The position numbers and the translations under genes are program-made. Positions 50,170 through 62,709 of a stretch of DNA of 64,000 nt are shown here, piece by piece. This stretch comes from Hydrolagus colliei (taxonomy: Eukaryota). Numbering within the stretch: position 1 is the stretch's first letter; every line of letters starts with the position of its first letter. The DNA lies in the NCBI GenBank assembly GCA_035084275.1, contig CM068748.1:11036001-11100000 (forward strand), written 5' to 3'. The notes under the pieces were generated by a model. That model searched no databases, was not told the DNA's origin, and was given only the letters and a program-made list of their open reading frames with translations.

Positions 50170-50475
50170 ACAGTTTCTCCTCTAACCCTGGCACTATTTA
50201 GTGTGGCGTTCCTTAGGACTCTGTCCTTGTTCCCCTCCTCTTTATTACCTATATGCTCCACCGACATGGGGGTCAACTTCTACATGTATGTGGATGACAC
50301 ACAACTCTTGTCTCTCTGCCTCCACCCTCGACTTCAAGACAATTGCTGTCCTGACAGAATGTCTGTTTCAGCGGCCGTGGGGGTAAGGTAACGGCAGAGC
50401 CGAGCAATATTGCGGAGGTGAGATAAGGCAGAGCGAGTCATTGCTTGGATGTGTGGGAGGAAAGACAGTTGAGAA
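50170..50475. mobile_element. L2 RT fragment (+, to ~50365) joined to an inverted L2 fragment (-, ~50366-50475)
   Basis: Plus: GVNFYMYVDDTQL...VLTECL; minus: QLSFLPHIQAMTRSALSHLRNIARLCRYLTPTAAE. Confidence 0.75.
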
Positions 50476-51214
50476 AAGGAATAGGAGGAGCCTGTTCAGT
50501 CCATTGAGGTTGTTCCACCAGTTTTAGATCTTGGCAGATCGTTTGATCCCAACACCCTACCCGTTGGTCAAATTACTTAATACTGTACATAATTTCATCA
50601 AATTTTATTAGTGTTATAAAAACACAATTTTAACTTGAAGGACTTTGAAATCCTTTTGCAACACGTTATGGTGTACTTTTACATCAAAATTATTTCTGGT
50701 TCTTAAATTGGGCCATTTCAAAGCAGGAAAATTGTAATCATGTAAGTGCTCCACATAAGGTGTCACAAAATGTTAATGGCCACCACATTAATATTGCATT
50801 TGCACCTTCTCAAACATAATTCTATGCAGCTCTTAGGAAGTGTTTGAACCTGATGATATTATATGCCACAAGAATGCATTGCTATTGAAAAATCAGGGCA
50901 AAATGTTTCCACAATGCAATTAATATATCTTTGTTCTTCATTTAAAAACAACTGGAATCTAATGACATTCCTGATTTAAAAATTTTGCTTTTCAGAATCT
51001 ACAACGGGAGGATCTGAGTATTCCATTCACATAGTGTTTTGCTCACTTATTGCCTAAATCCGCACCTATTCAGAATGGCTAATGTATATTGTGCAATTTC
51101 CTTCCACTGTTTTCTCATTTTATAACAAATTATACAGCAATTTCAACTTCACATCACAATATTGTAAAGCACAAGTTTATTACTGGTGCTTAATATGAGC
51201 CATTTAAACTTATT

Positions 51215-51775
51215 GCCTGCCTCCATCACTAGCTATCCCTTCGGGCCCATCTATGCTTTCATCATATCAAGGCTTGACTACCCCATCGCTCTGCTCTCCA
51301 GACATCCCAGCTCTTCCCAACGCAAGCTGGAGAACGTTGTAGCCCATATTCTGTCCTACAACGGCTCCACGAGCCTATCACTCCCATCCTCACTCGCTCC
51401 CCGCCCCCAAGGTAATGAGTTCAATATCCTAATTCTCGTGTTCAAATCCCTCCAAAGGCTCACCCCATCCTACCACAATGACGAAGCCACTCCCTTCGTG
51501 AACACAGGCATGTTTCACATCCCTGCCCTATCAGCCTCACTTTCGGCAGGCGGGCTTTCAGCTATTCTGGCTGGTGTCTGAAACTCCGACCCTGCATTCA
51601 AAGCATTGGATCAAAACGTATCTGTTTGACCACACTTTTAGCCGTTTACTTTCCCATGCTTCTCAGTTCCAACCCCCAGTTCCAACTCCCAGCTTAGGTG
51701 TCACCCAGCACTGTCCAGTATTTTGAGATGTCTTCCCAATGTGAAATAATTTTAATACAATTTGCATTGTTATTT
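51215..51775 (+). mobile_element. L2 LINE 3' fragment
   Basis: IYAFIISRLDYPIALL, FNILILVFKSLQRLTPSY; degenerate tail. Confidence 0.75.
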
Positions 51776-52006
51776 CTTTGCTGATTCCTGAGATAGTCCT
51801 GCACTAAACAAATTTTCTGGGAGACAGGTAAACAATAATTACAAAATTAGGATTAAAAATATCACAGTACAATATTTTTTAGGAGGCACAATGTGTTACA
51901 AGGCAGCGTAAACAAATGTAGCTGTTCACAATTCCAAGTATTTGGAGGCTAACCTGTATCAAAGAAGCCAAAATAGCATGGTGCAGTACCATGTAGAATA
52001 GCATAC

Positions 52007-52220
52007 CTGTTGCAACAGTCTTTTCAGTTTGAGTATCTGGGTTTTCACAGATGTGCAATCATGTACCATATGCCTCAGTGTCATCACATCCAGCATTACT
52101 GTGTTCTCCTGCACTGCCCCAGGCTGGTGGGCTCTTGGGTGACTGTTGGGAACTCGGAAATAATTTGAAGAGCCATGCCATTCAAAATTGCCAACTGTAG
52201 ATTCCTGGACAATAGGACTT
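52007..52220 (-). CDS. CCSER2: CCSER2 214-nt coding exon (SPIVQESTVGNFEWHG...ENTVMLDVMTLRHMVHDCTSVKTQILKLKRLLQQ)
   Basis: Acceptor tgtatttcag|A, donor CAG|gtatgc; phase 2 in, phase 0 out; matches recalled human ENTVILDEMTLRHMVQDCTAVKTQLLKLKRLLHQ, closer to CCSER2 than CCSER1. Confidence 0.93.
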
Positions 52221-53343
52221 CTGAAATACAATAGAAGACAGTAAGTAAACAACATCCTGAGACTGCTTAGAGGCATCCTCCTGATGTGAGAAGAACTCCA
52301 TCAATTGCATGGATTAAAGATTACTATTCGGCAACCTTTCACATTTCAACAACAATGTACCTCCTTTTCAAAACTTCATCGCTTCAAAGACCCCGTGTAA
52401 GAGACAGATGCATAGATATTCACGTTGTTGTCAGTTGAACTACAATTAAAGATGAATGCACTAATATTTAAAAACAAATGTCTAATAGGAAAAGGCATTA
52501 TATTTGTAATGTACACAGACAGGCCAAAAGAGCCAAATAGTCTTCAATGAGGCAATAAAAAAATGATCAAAAGCAAATGCATTATTCAGGGGAGACATCA
52601 AAAGATATATTTGTCCAAAAAAAGTTTCAGACAATAATAAATATGAAATTACAACATTGATTAAAATATTTAATACATTTATTGGTCTAATAATATGAGT
52701 TGATAACATTTTCTGAACGTAAATTACATGGAAACATGTAGGAAAAATAGTCTACGGTACTCCTGCGATTACTCTGCTGTATTATTCAGAATGCACCAGA
52801 TGAAGAAATAACATCTTCTCTGGATATAAAGTTTGATGGATTGTGTTTATGACTATCGAGACTTACTATTTTTGAAGCAGTGGTGACTTTCACTATAAAC
52901 AAACTTTGAATGAAAGAGTTGCTATTCCTAGTGAAACCATCTCTCAGATGATGAATGGATGATGATAGTAATATGCTCATACAGATCACAACATCTCAAT
53001 TGAAACTCATCCGGGGATTGCTTTCGCCCCCCAAAATGTCACCATGCCAAGTATAGTCTTTGTTCACAGTTAAAGAGATTAAGAGTTAAGAGGTAAACTC
53101 AGGTTAATAGTTTACTACTTACTTATACTGCCACCAATACTTCAAAAATTCATCTTATTCCCATATTGCAGGATTTAATATGAGAGAACATTGATAGACG
53201 ATATTGTGCAGTCTTCTTAAATACTAACACACAACTCCCAAAGTGACCATGTAATACTGCAGTTGTTTACCCTTCGGGTTCAAATGATGGTCTGCATTCA
53301 TTCCCCCTTTCTTTAATAGGATAGTTCAACAAAAGACATTTGG

Positions 53344-53705
53344 CAATAACTTGCATTTATATAGCTCCCTTCAGTAGCATTCTAGAACGGTTGAGTGGCA
53401 TAGTCTGACCCCGAGGGAGGGGGAGAGGGAGGTGACCGTAAGCACAATCAAAAAGGAAGGCCTTTAGGTAGCATTCGAAAGTGGAGAGGTGGGGGGAAAG
53501 GCGGAGGAATTGAGTCAGGGAGTTCCAGAGCTTAGGGGCATAGTACCTAAAAGCACAGCCACCGATAGGGAGTGAAGGGGGAAGGGATGGACAAGAGACT
53601 AGAGTCGGCTGAGCAGATGTGGCGGGTGTGGGGAGAAGGGGGAAGGTATACTAATCGTGTAATTAGGGAGGTGTGAGGGCATGAAGGGATTTGAAAATAA
53701 GTGAG
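53344..53705 (-). mobile_element. L2 LINE 3' end
   Basis: caataacttgcatttatatagc tail; cagggagttccagagc is the reverse complement of LWNSL. Confidence 0.75.
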
Positions 53706-54825
53706 AAATCAGATTCATAAGACATCTGAGAATAGCTGGGCAAAGTGAGAAAATCCTCTTCCCATCTGTTCAATACTTAAAATCTTACTGTACTCAATGA
53801 TAAGAATTATCTAGTCAACCAACACTCTGGTTGATTACTAAATAGGCACCATTTATATAACAATATGGAAAGTGCATAAAATAGAAAATATGCCTTTTAA
53901 CAAAACAGTTATTTCCCATAGGAAAGTGTTCAAGAACCCTAAGCAGCGTTCAAAGTACACCAGACAGGTAAACTCATTATTTTTCAGGTATTATATACAT
54001 TCAGACGGAAAGTGCTTTCCACAGCATCAACAATACAAATCTCTTTAAATCTGTCCAAGTCTATATTCGCCACATTGTAAGTGGGCTATGATGCTCACTT
54101 TACAATGTTCCAAGATTATTAGTAATTCTTTATGACAGCAAGTTGCATCCACCCTGCAACAGAGATCACGGCACAACTTTAGATGCTTTAAATATTTTAC
54201 AATACTTCCCTGTTGGGCCTTTGGGTAATGAATGGCACTGCTCAGTGAATATACAATAATACTTACTGGAAAGTAGAAGTCCTGAATCCCTGTCTTTAAA
54301 AAAGTCTCAGGCAAGGCAGGAAACATTTTGTTCCGCAAATGCAGGTATGTTGGACAGAATCCTAGCGAAAACAACTGACGCTCTGTGGATTAACTACTTG
54401 TTTTAAAAAAAGTAACTGCCTGGTTTTGCATGGTGCTTAGCGAGTTTAATGGGCTGAATAGCGTTTCCTTATTCCATAATCTTTTATGTCTTTATTGACA
54501 GCATGTCAGCAGCTGCTGACAGTACATCAGGATAGGAAAGGCTTTTTAAATATAAAATAATATAAAAATACCATTACAATATGACAACTGCTGTCAAATC
54601 CATGAAAGCTAAAGTTTGAGTGATACATGTCACCTTATTAATTTTTAATGGTGTAATTTATAAATGTTTATGAAAAAGTTAATTCAGATTTGTAAAATAA
54701 GTATTCAATACATAGCACATGATTGATTGTGTCACCTAAAAATAGTAATAAGATGACTGTCATTCGCTGGTCAGTGAGCTTTCAACTCCTAACTGAAAAT
54801 CTTTACATCATTGAAGCGCCATCAT

Positions 54826-55293
54826 GCACAAAATTCATAACTCTGCCACCCTGATACTCTCCCACACAAAACTCCATGTGCATTTCACTTCCATGGCCTC
54901 TCAGGGTCCCAATTATCGAATCAATCAGTTTCAAAATTCTCTCACTCATTTTTCAGATCCATTCATGCGCTCGCACCTCCCTAGCCAATGTGCTTACCCC
55001 CACTCCACCACTCACTGCCTCTGCTCGGCCGGCTCCGGCCTCCTGTTTTGTCCCTCTTCCCATCTGTTCCACCATCGGTGGCTATGCCTTCAGCCACTAC
55101 GCCCTGAAACTATCTTCCACAATCCCTCTGGCTTGCCCCTTCCCTTCAAAACCCACCTGCAGATCTTCCATTTTGATCGTGCTTACAGTCACCTGCCCCC
55201 TCCCTTGGTTCAGTGTCAGTCACCACCAATGTCAAGCGCTCTAGCACGCTACTCCATGTGAAGGATCGCTAAATAAATGCAATTTGTTGTTGT
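54826..55293 (+). mobile_element. L2 LINE 3' end
   Basis: KIHNSATLIL, ISFKILSLIF, STIGGYAFSHYA; tail aaatgcaatttgttgttg. Confidence 0.8.
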
Positions 55294-56559
55294 AAATTAA
55301 GTGTTGATTTTTTCAAACCCAGATTAGATAGCTTTCTTTTAGGAAATAACATTATGGAATATAGTGCACAGGTAGTTTGGGACATTTGTGCATGCGACAG
55401 CCAGGAAGGTGGAATATGAACTAAAATGGACCTTGGGTTTTTTTCATCCAGGATTTCTTAAGTTTTGTTTCAGCAACTTTGCAATTTATCTAGTATTACA
55501 CTCTACCACATTAATAGGCTCGAAACAGATTGCATTGTTATATTCCATATATTGTTATATTCCAGTACAGCAAAGTTGCCTTCTCAAATATAGCTCTCTT
55601 CTCCCACTGTCAAATGTTGTCCCTACTTTCCTGAAACTGCCGACTCATACTGAACCTCCAGTATCTCTCCTAAGTGAGCATTTACTTATGGGTGCAGATG
55701 ATTGTACATTATCAAGCTTTTCAACTACATGACTCAATTCTGCACCAAATAATGTCTTTATCAACTGAGTCAGAACTGCTCTCCAACAGTCTTTCTCAAG
55801 CATTTTTGCAATTGTTGATGGAACCTCACTGTGAAAAATATAAATATGCATGACCGTTTATCCCATACATCTTACTCCATTATTCAGTCTTGTTTCAAGA
55901 CTAGATCTGACATATTTCATTTCACTGTACAGGATTGTAATTAACACTAGTTAATAGCAAAACCCCTGTTGTAGTTTATTATGTTGACAAAACTCGATTT
56001 TGCTACAGCTTTGTGACTCCCTGCGAGTGATCCATTATTCCGCACAGCTTTTAAAAAACATAGATGTTGGCTGTGAAGAATAATCTTGTACAAAATGATT
56101 GCTCTTTGAGTTGGGAGAAAATGTTCCTCACCGACAATAGCATTTCATCTTGCCAGGAAGCACATATGAAAAAAAACAATTTATATTACGCTTCATCCCT
56201 GCATAGGATTGAGAGTTCTGAGTCACTTCGATGTGGTAGCAACATCAGAAGAATATTACCACTCCCAACGAAGCGCAAGACATGCACATAGAATTGGCTG
56301 TAGGGAAGGAAACAGAGGACATTTGTTGCGGAGCAAGGTCAAAATGGGGGGGGGGGGGGGGGGGGGGTGTTAAGCAGGATGGGTGCCTTGGGAGTCTGTA
56401 CTTGAACCCCACCTATTCCTTTTATGTATTTATGGCCTGGATTCAAAGGTCGAGTGTAAGCCAGTAAGCATATGCAGATGACAGTACGATGGGAGGAGAA
56501 GTACAAGTCATTCAGAGAAAACTCGATTCGATGTATTGGGTATGCACATATGCTGATAA

Positions 56560-56760
56560 TTGACAAATGACATTAACATGGATTAATGCAATGCATAACA
56601 AACGGTAAGTAAGAAATAGGAAACACGTATGCTCCATGGATTGGATAGAACATGCCAAAGGGTAGCTGATAAAAATATAGGAGTTATGTCAAAAAAGTGT
56701 GAAGCAACAAAAAATAAAGCAAGGATGCAGAGCTACATTGCCAAATCAGTTGAGTTTGGA
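56560..56760 (+). mobile_element. Old CR1 fragment
   Basis: Similar to 36800-37010 (gattgacaaatg...gctacattgccaaatcagttg). Confidence 0.5.
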
Positions 56761-57536
56761 TTTGCAGTGATATTTAGGTTTAGAATTGCAAAATCAATTG
56801 ACACCACAGCAAGTTACCCAGAGGGTAACTGACAACTGAAATAGCTTGTCAGGAAGGACAGGATCCTAGATCTATTTATAAAACAGCCTGTTGTGATACA
56901 AAACCAGTAGGGCGGATATTCTGGAATGATGGGCTGAAGGACCTTCTTTATCGAAACCAATCTTGTGAAATATACAACTTGATTTTTCATAGCATGAAAA
57001 ATAAAATCAATGGAAATATAACCTTTCATTAACACTGCGCCAGCATCATAAGCTACTCCAGCAAATCTTTTCAGGCAACCAAAAACAGATGGAATAAATA
57101 GTAAAAATATAAAATGCAAGGAATATTTACTATTATTTAGCTGTATTGGTAGAAATATCAAAGCAATGCCTTTTATGCACCTTGCCTTGCACAATCTTGT
57201 TTCAATAGATAATGGAAGTGTGGTAACAAAAACAGGGAAAGAAAATTATGAAGGAATTTGTTATCCATTTGATATATATTTTAAATAGGAATCAGAGCAC
57301 TGGTGAAATACAGCCTGTTGAGTCACACTGGAAGGAATAGAGTTTTGCTGCATTCTCAAGTATCCAGTAGTTTCAATGCAAGCACAAGATATGAGTTGTG
57401 CAGTAATATTTCTTAGTTATGGTAGTTGTTTTTATTTTGAATATTAATTTTGTTCCTAATAACCGCTGAACAATTTTCTTAAAGTTATGACATGAACAGC
57501 AAATAAATGAATAATATATTGGTTACTCAATCCACT

Positions 57537-57690
57537 ACTCTTTGTGGGACACTGCTGTGCTCAATTGGCAGCCGCGTTTTGCCCACAAAATATACAGTCA
57601 ATTCACTTTACAGTATATTCTGTGAAATGCTTTGAGACGTCTCAAAGGTATGATAAGGCACTATATCAAAAGCAAGGAATATTATTATTA
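57537..57690 (+). mobile_element. 5'-truncated SINE (Deu core plus tail)
   Basis: tttgtgggacactgctgtgctcaattggcagccgcg...aagcaaggaatattattatta. Confidence 0.85.
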
Positions 57691-57828
57691 CTAACCTGGA
57701 GACAAATCGAATAAAGAAGCACCTACAAAATATATTTAGAAATGTAAAAGGTAGTAACAATGTAAATGTAAAAGGTAGTACATTCGCTCTTCAAATACGT
57801 ATTTGAAGAGCGAAATAATATGGAAATA

Positions 57829-58189
57829 CAGTAAAAGCCCGTTTATCCGGCACCCTCCGGCGGGTCAACTAATCGACTGTGCTGGATAATCAGACGGCAA
57901 GCTGTCGAAAACCCAATACAAAAAATTAACTTATTTTAAAACATACCATATTCATAATATACTAAATAGTAACAGAATATTGTATGGATACTTACCAATA
58001 AGGATTCCAGCACACTCGGTAAAAAGATCGGTAAAACCCCCCAAGTTCGTAAGTTTAATAAGTGCGCATGTGCACGCATTGCAGGCATGCGCAAAGTAAG
58101 CATACTCGCGATTGCTGGAATGGGGAATTGCCCCAGGCGGGAGTCACGCAATCCAGTTGATCGGATCACAGATAAGCAGGCTTTTATTG
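57829..58189 (+). mobile_element. Tigger/pogo-type MITE with a different interior
   Basis: TA|CAGTAAAAGCCCGTTTATCCGGCACC ... GATAAGCAGGCTTTTATTG|TA. Confidence 0.8.
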
Positions 58190-58400
58190 TATAATGAACA
58201 GCTTTATCACATAGTTTATTATTGTCCACACATCAGTAAAATAAATACTCTCAATGCACAGTTTAGGCTGATGGCCTGAATCTTATTCAAAGCTACAAGT
58301 GTATTTATATTTTCCCTCAATGGCACAATGATTATTTTTAAATAATTGATTGTTACGGAGACAGAGTCTCCATTGATTGGGGCCTGATTTGAGGCCTGGT

Positions 58401-58862
58401 TAACAATAACAACAAAATAATACTTGTGTAGTGCATTTCACATCACAAGGACATCCCAAGGCGCTGGACAGACAGTATTTCGGACCAGAGCTGTGGGTAG
58501 GGATTGGGGAGGGTGGATGGCAGGTGCTGGGGTGGGAGGAGGTTGATCAAAAGCACGGTCAAAGAGGATGAGGGCAGAAGGCACAAATGATGGGGCGGGT
58601 GAGGTGAAGCAGGCCGGAGCCTGCTGAGAGGAGGGAGCAGACAGGTTGGTAGAGGGTTAAGAGTTCGCAGATCTGGGGGGGGAACTAGGCCATGGAGGAT
58701 TTTGAAGGTGAGGACCAGGATCTTGAACTGTATCTGCTGTGTGATGGGAAGCCAGTGGAGTTGGGAAAGGATGGGGATAATATGTTCACGGAGTCAATGC
58801 CAAAGGGGACATGGGCTACAGAGTTCTGGATGATCTGCAGCCTGAGGGGGAAGGAGTTGGGG
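58401..58862 (-). mobile_element. L2 LINE 3' fragment
   Basis: aacaataacaacaaaat tail; gaagccagtggagttgg is the reverse complement of LHWLP. Confidence 0.75.
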
Positions 58863-58901
58863 GTGTCTATCCCTTGTCAGACACCAAACACCAGGCAAAT
58901 A

Positions 58902-59098
58902 CAGTAAAAGCCTGTTTATCTGGCACCCTCGTGACCTGACCAATACCGGTTAAAGTGCGTGCTGGATATTCGACCAAAAATACTAAAAAAAAATTAAAAG
59001 CATTTTTCTGGATAAATTCCGCTTAATCGAATGCGGACCTTTTTTTTGTGATGCCAGTTATACAGCAGTTACGGTTGATCGGGTGCCGGATAAACGGG
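58902..59098 (-). mobile_element. Tigger/pogo-type MITE, reverse orientation, one TIR clipped
   Basis: TA|CAGTAAAAGCCTGTTTATCTGGCACC ... GGTGCCGGATAAACGGG; reverse complement of 33267-33473. Confidence 0.85.
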
Positions 59099-59616
59099 AT
59101 AAAAGGGTGATAGATGTATTCATAGGTCTAAACTTTAAGTAGGAGCAGTTATTGGTATTAGTGATGCCGTAAAATAAACATTGTTGCAGTACAGTGTTAA
59201 ACACTGGAATTCTCCATTATTTATGTTATCATTCACATAATAAAATAATATGAGCCGAGACTGTGATGAAGTACTGTGAGATGATCAATAAATTCCAATG
59301 TATTTACCGCACTGATGCCTCCCTCCACACAACTGTGTTAACAGGAGGGTGTACATTTTTTACATTAAATAGCCAAAATAAGTACTTTAATGAAGTACTT
59401 ATTTAATGAGCTTTGTTCCGGTGGTCTGGAGGTTTGTTTGCTTGTTACTAGAATTTTGCTTCCCTACCTTATGCTTTCAAATCCAACTCTGGATTAACCT
59501 ATGTACAACACGGTTACCAGAGATCCCAAGAAAATATTTTAAATCTCATTTAAGATTTAACAAAATACAACTACGCATCTCACAAGTTTCTAATCTAACT
59601 AATATTAAAAAATATG

Positions 59617-59756
59617 AATAATAATCCTTACATTGATATAGCGCTTTCCATGTATTCGAGATGTCTCATAGCGATTCACAGAATATACTGTAAAGTGAAT
59701 TGACTGTATATATGTGGGCGAAACGCAGCAACCAATTGTGCACAGCAGAGTCCCAT
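59617..59756 (-). mobile_element. SINE 3' half
   Basis: aataataatccttacattgatatagcgc...gtgggcgaaacgcagcaaccaattgtgcacagcag. Confidence 0.85.
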
Positions 59757-60928
59757 AGAACATGGCTTACCCTTGCCTAGTGAGGCAGCTGTATATAATG
59801 TAAGATGGGTACCAGTTATTTGTGCAAGATGCATATTGTGGGTGGTGAATCAAGTAAAACCTTGCACTCTATTTTAAACAGACAAAACAGACACTTCATT
59901 TGCTATTTTGTACAGTAAACGTTTTTTTCCTCAACAGAAAAATTAGATGGGTTTTGACCAATCAATTTTTTTTATACCTTTAGATGCTACAGATGCAACT
60001 GACAAAATATCATGACATTTCTCTGTAATTGTTTACTAATCAGTCAACAATTTCACTACAGATTCAATGTTTTTTTTGCCAATGCCTTAAAATAGGTTCA
60101 ACATAGAGATATGTAGTGAAAGATTGAAGCATGACAGGAAGATCATGACAACCTTGATTTAAGAGATGTTGTATCAAAGATCAAGGAATACACCTTGAAT
60201 CTGCTTCGAACTCAAATACCATAGCAACCGCTGGAAATTCTTACATTATTCCTCATGAAGGAAAACATTTAAAAAATATTTTTGGGATCCATGCATCTGC
60301 CATTGCAGTCTTTATTTCAGATCACGAACATAGACCCAAGCACATTTCTGCCATCATTAATCAAGACTACAATGTTAACTGTTCTCACTACAACTGGAGG
60401 ATTATTCTATGCTGCTTTTAACTTTGCTCTTCATTTAACTATGTTAGAAATTAGTAAGAATTATTAAAATCAATGTATTTGCTTTAATATTTGCACAGAG
60501 CTGAAATCTGAAGTCAAATCTATATTTGATATGAAAATTATTAGAAACTATTGCCCACAATAGTACTGAAAATCAGAAGCAAGTTGTAAGCAAATTTCGC
60601 ACTTTAGAAAATTAAATAATGCCACTTGCACCCGTGTTTAACGATCTTAATTTTCATATTATAAAACAATGGCTCAATTTATGTTGAAATAAACGTTTGT
60701 ATATTTCAACGCAGGGAAGTGCAAAGAAAATTCATGGCAATTTGCTTCAAGCAAGAGAAGATTGCTTCATTTTTGCTTGTATCCTAATTATAAGAATTGA
60801 ACCATTTAAAACCTCTCATAGATACAGCAGCTGTACAAATGATGCATAGTTTGAGTGTGATCCAAAGGCTATTGTTTAGTTACAGTGAATATTTAAAATA
60901 TTCTAGGCTGCTGAGTAAGGCACCAAAA

Positions 60929-61213
60929 AATAACAATCCTTGCATCTTCTAGATGTCTCAAAGTGCTTCACAGAATATATTGCAAAGTGAATTGACTTAT
61001 ATTTGTGGGCAAAATGCAGCAGCCAATTTCGCACAGCAGTGTCCCGCACACAGTCATGGATTGAAATGACCAATTTATTATTGAGGGGGGTGGGGGGGGT
61101 ATTATTATTGGGTGTATGGAGTAAGGAAACTTGCCCAAGGTTTCGCCCTGCCTGGAATTGAAACCAAGTCTCTTATTTGCAAGGCGAGTGCTCTAACCAC
61201 TGAGCTGCAGGAC
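60929..61213 (-). mobile_element. Full-length tRNA-derived SINE
   Basis: Head gtcctgcagctcagtggttagagcactcgccttgcaa; colinear with 16160-16447. Confidence 0.9.
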
Positions 61214-61690
61214 TAAAAAAAAAAAAAATTTCATTCACACCTTCAGTCACATACATGCAAGATCTATAGTGTGCATTTCTGTGCATTGTTCCTCCTCACT
61301 GGAGCACCCAGTAATGTTTGCAAGTATAATCTGATCAGACACTAATCAGGACTGAGATTTCGACCAGTGGTGACTAAAGCACAATATTACATCTGAGGCA
61401 ATGCTGAGGTTAAATATTAAACTGAAAACAATACATACTCCACTGCTGAACTATGACCATAGCATCTTACAGTTCCCTGCTTCAAAAGCGTAACAAATAA
61501 AGTTTACAACAAACTGGTCATCAAATTAACCATATTTGCACGATGGGCAAATTTGCTTAGAAAAGGCAACCGCTTTAATGCTGCATTTGTGACATGTTTC
61601 TCAGAACAATCTGTTCTGTCAGCATCTGTCTTATTGAGGCATGAAAAGAGAATGTCAAGCCTCTATTAGAGGTCTGAGAGCTCCGCTCAC

Positions 61691-61849
61691 CTGTAGCAAG
61701 GAAAAATGTCTGCAATGCAGACTGGTGGCAGGAGGGGCCCCATAACATGCAGCTTGGTGGCACTGCCTTCAATGACATAGAGAAAACAAAACTCATAAAG
61801 GGGAGACTCAGGAGGCAGAACCACCACCTTGCTTAACTTACGGCATGGC
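61691..61849 (-). CDS. Candidate 159-nt symmetric phase-2 exon of CCSER2 (PCRKLSKVVVLPPESPLYEFCFLYVIEGSATKLHVMGPLLPPVCIADIFPCYR)
   Basis: Acceptor tctgcttttacag|G, donor TACAG|gtgagc; stop-free in the phase that joins the 52220 exon; no homology recognised. Confidence 0.35.
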
Positions 61850-62709
61850 CTGTAAAAGCAGACTTGCTGTTGGAAGTTCACATTTTTAATATAATTATAA
61901 ACGTTTTCCAACCTTCAGTCCTTTTCATTTTCGCACCAGGCTAAATATTGAATTATTCATGTTATAAAACTAAATCATCCTTAACAAAAACTTTAATTGC
62001 GCTGATGGCAGTTATGTCATCTATATAGGATTAAAAACCATCAAGCAGCCTGAAGACTGAGGAAAATGCTTTGCTGGATAAAAATCTTCAGAATATCCAG
62101 GATGCCAGTGCTGACAGCCTACCAACAGCAGGCTGAACCAAATCACACCGGCAACATTCCAAGGAATTATAATCTCTGTTCAGCAGTTAATCAATAGACC
62201 TTACAAAATAGGTAAAATAATTTATGTCTTTACTGGCAACTGGAATGCTAGTATGGACTCAAAAAAGTCCATACAGTGCTTGGTCTTACAAAAAAGCCGA
62301 TCTGATCAGAGACAAATATGCATTCCTCCCTTGAGCAACAAAGATGCAGTTACATTTAGCAAAGTTGTAGCTACATTAAGCTGTATTCAATTTAAATAAC
62401 TTAAGCTTCAAATATTCTATTATTTATAATTGTTAATATAGTATTGGCATATCTAATGTTAAATATATTGGATATAGATCAAATAGTGATTCTAGGAGGT
62501 CAAATTAGCTAAAATGGATCCAAGGGCATTGCATTTTTGGAAAACAAAATTCAAAAAACATACGGTAATCATCCCTGAATCCTTAGAATAGCTTTCAGTC
62601 ACTGGCAACTGTTATTGCTATAATGAATGATCTCTCATTTTGTAAACCACATTTTTGGATATTGGTACAGTATTGCTTAATAGTAGCTTTCAGTATGATT
62701 CATATCTGG

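Noticed and set aside
55645-55828. Phase-2 acceptor followed by ~60 open codons
   Set aside because: No phase-2 donor to rejoin the 52220 exon and no recognisable homology; only an unsupported alternative last exon
56346-56367. 22-nt poly-G run (also G runs at 41968-41992)
   Set aside because: Homopolymer or L2 3' UTR low complexity; G4-capable but no evidence of function, and length is assembly-sensitive
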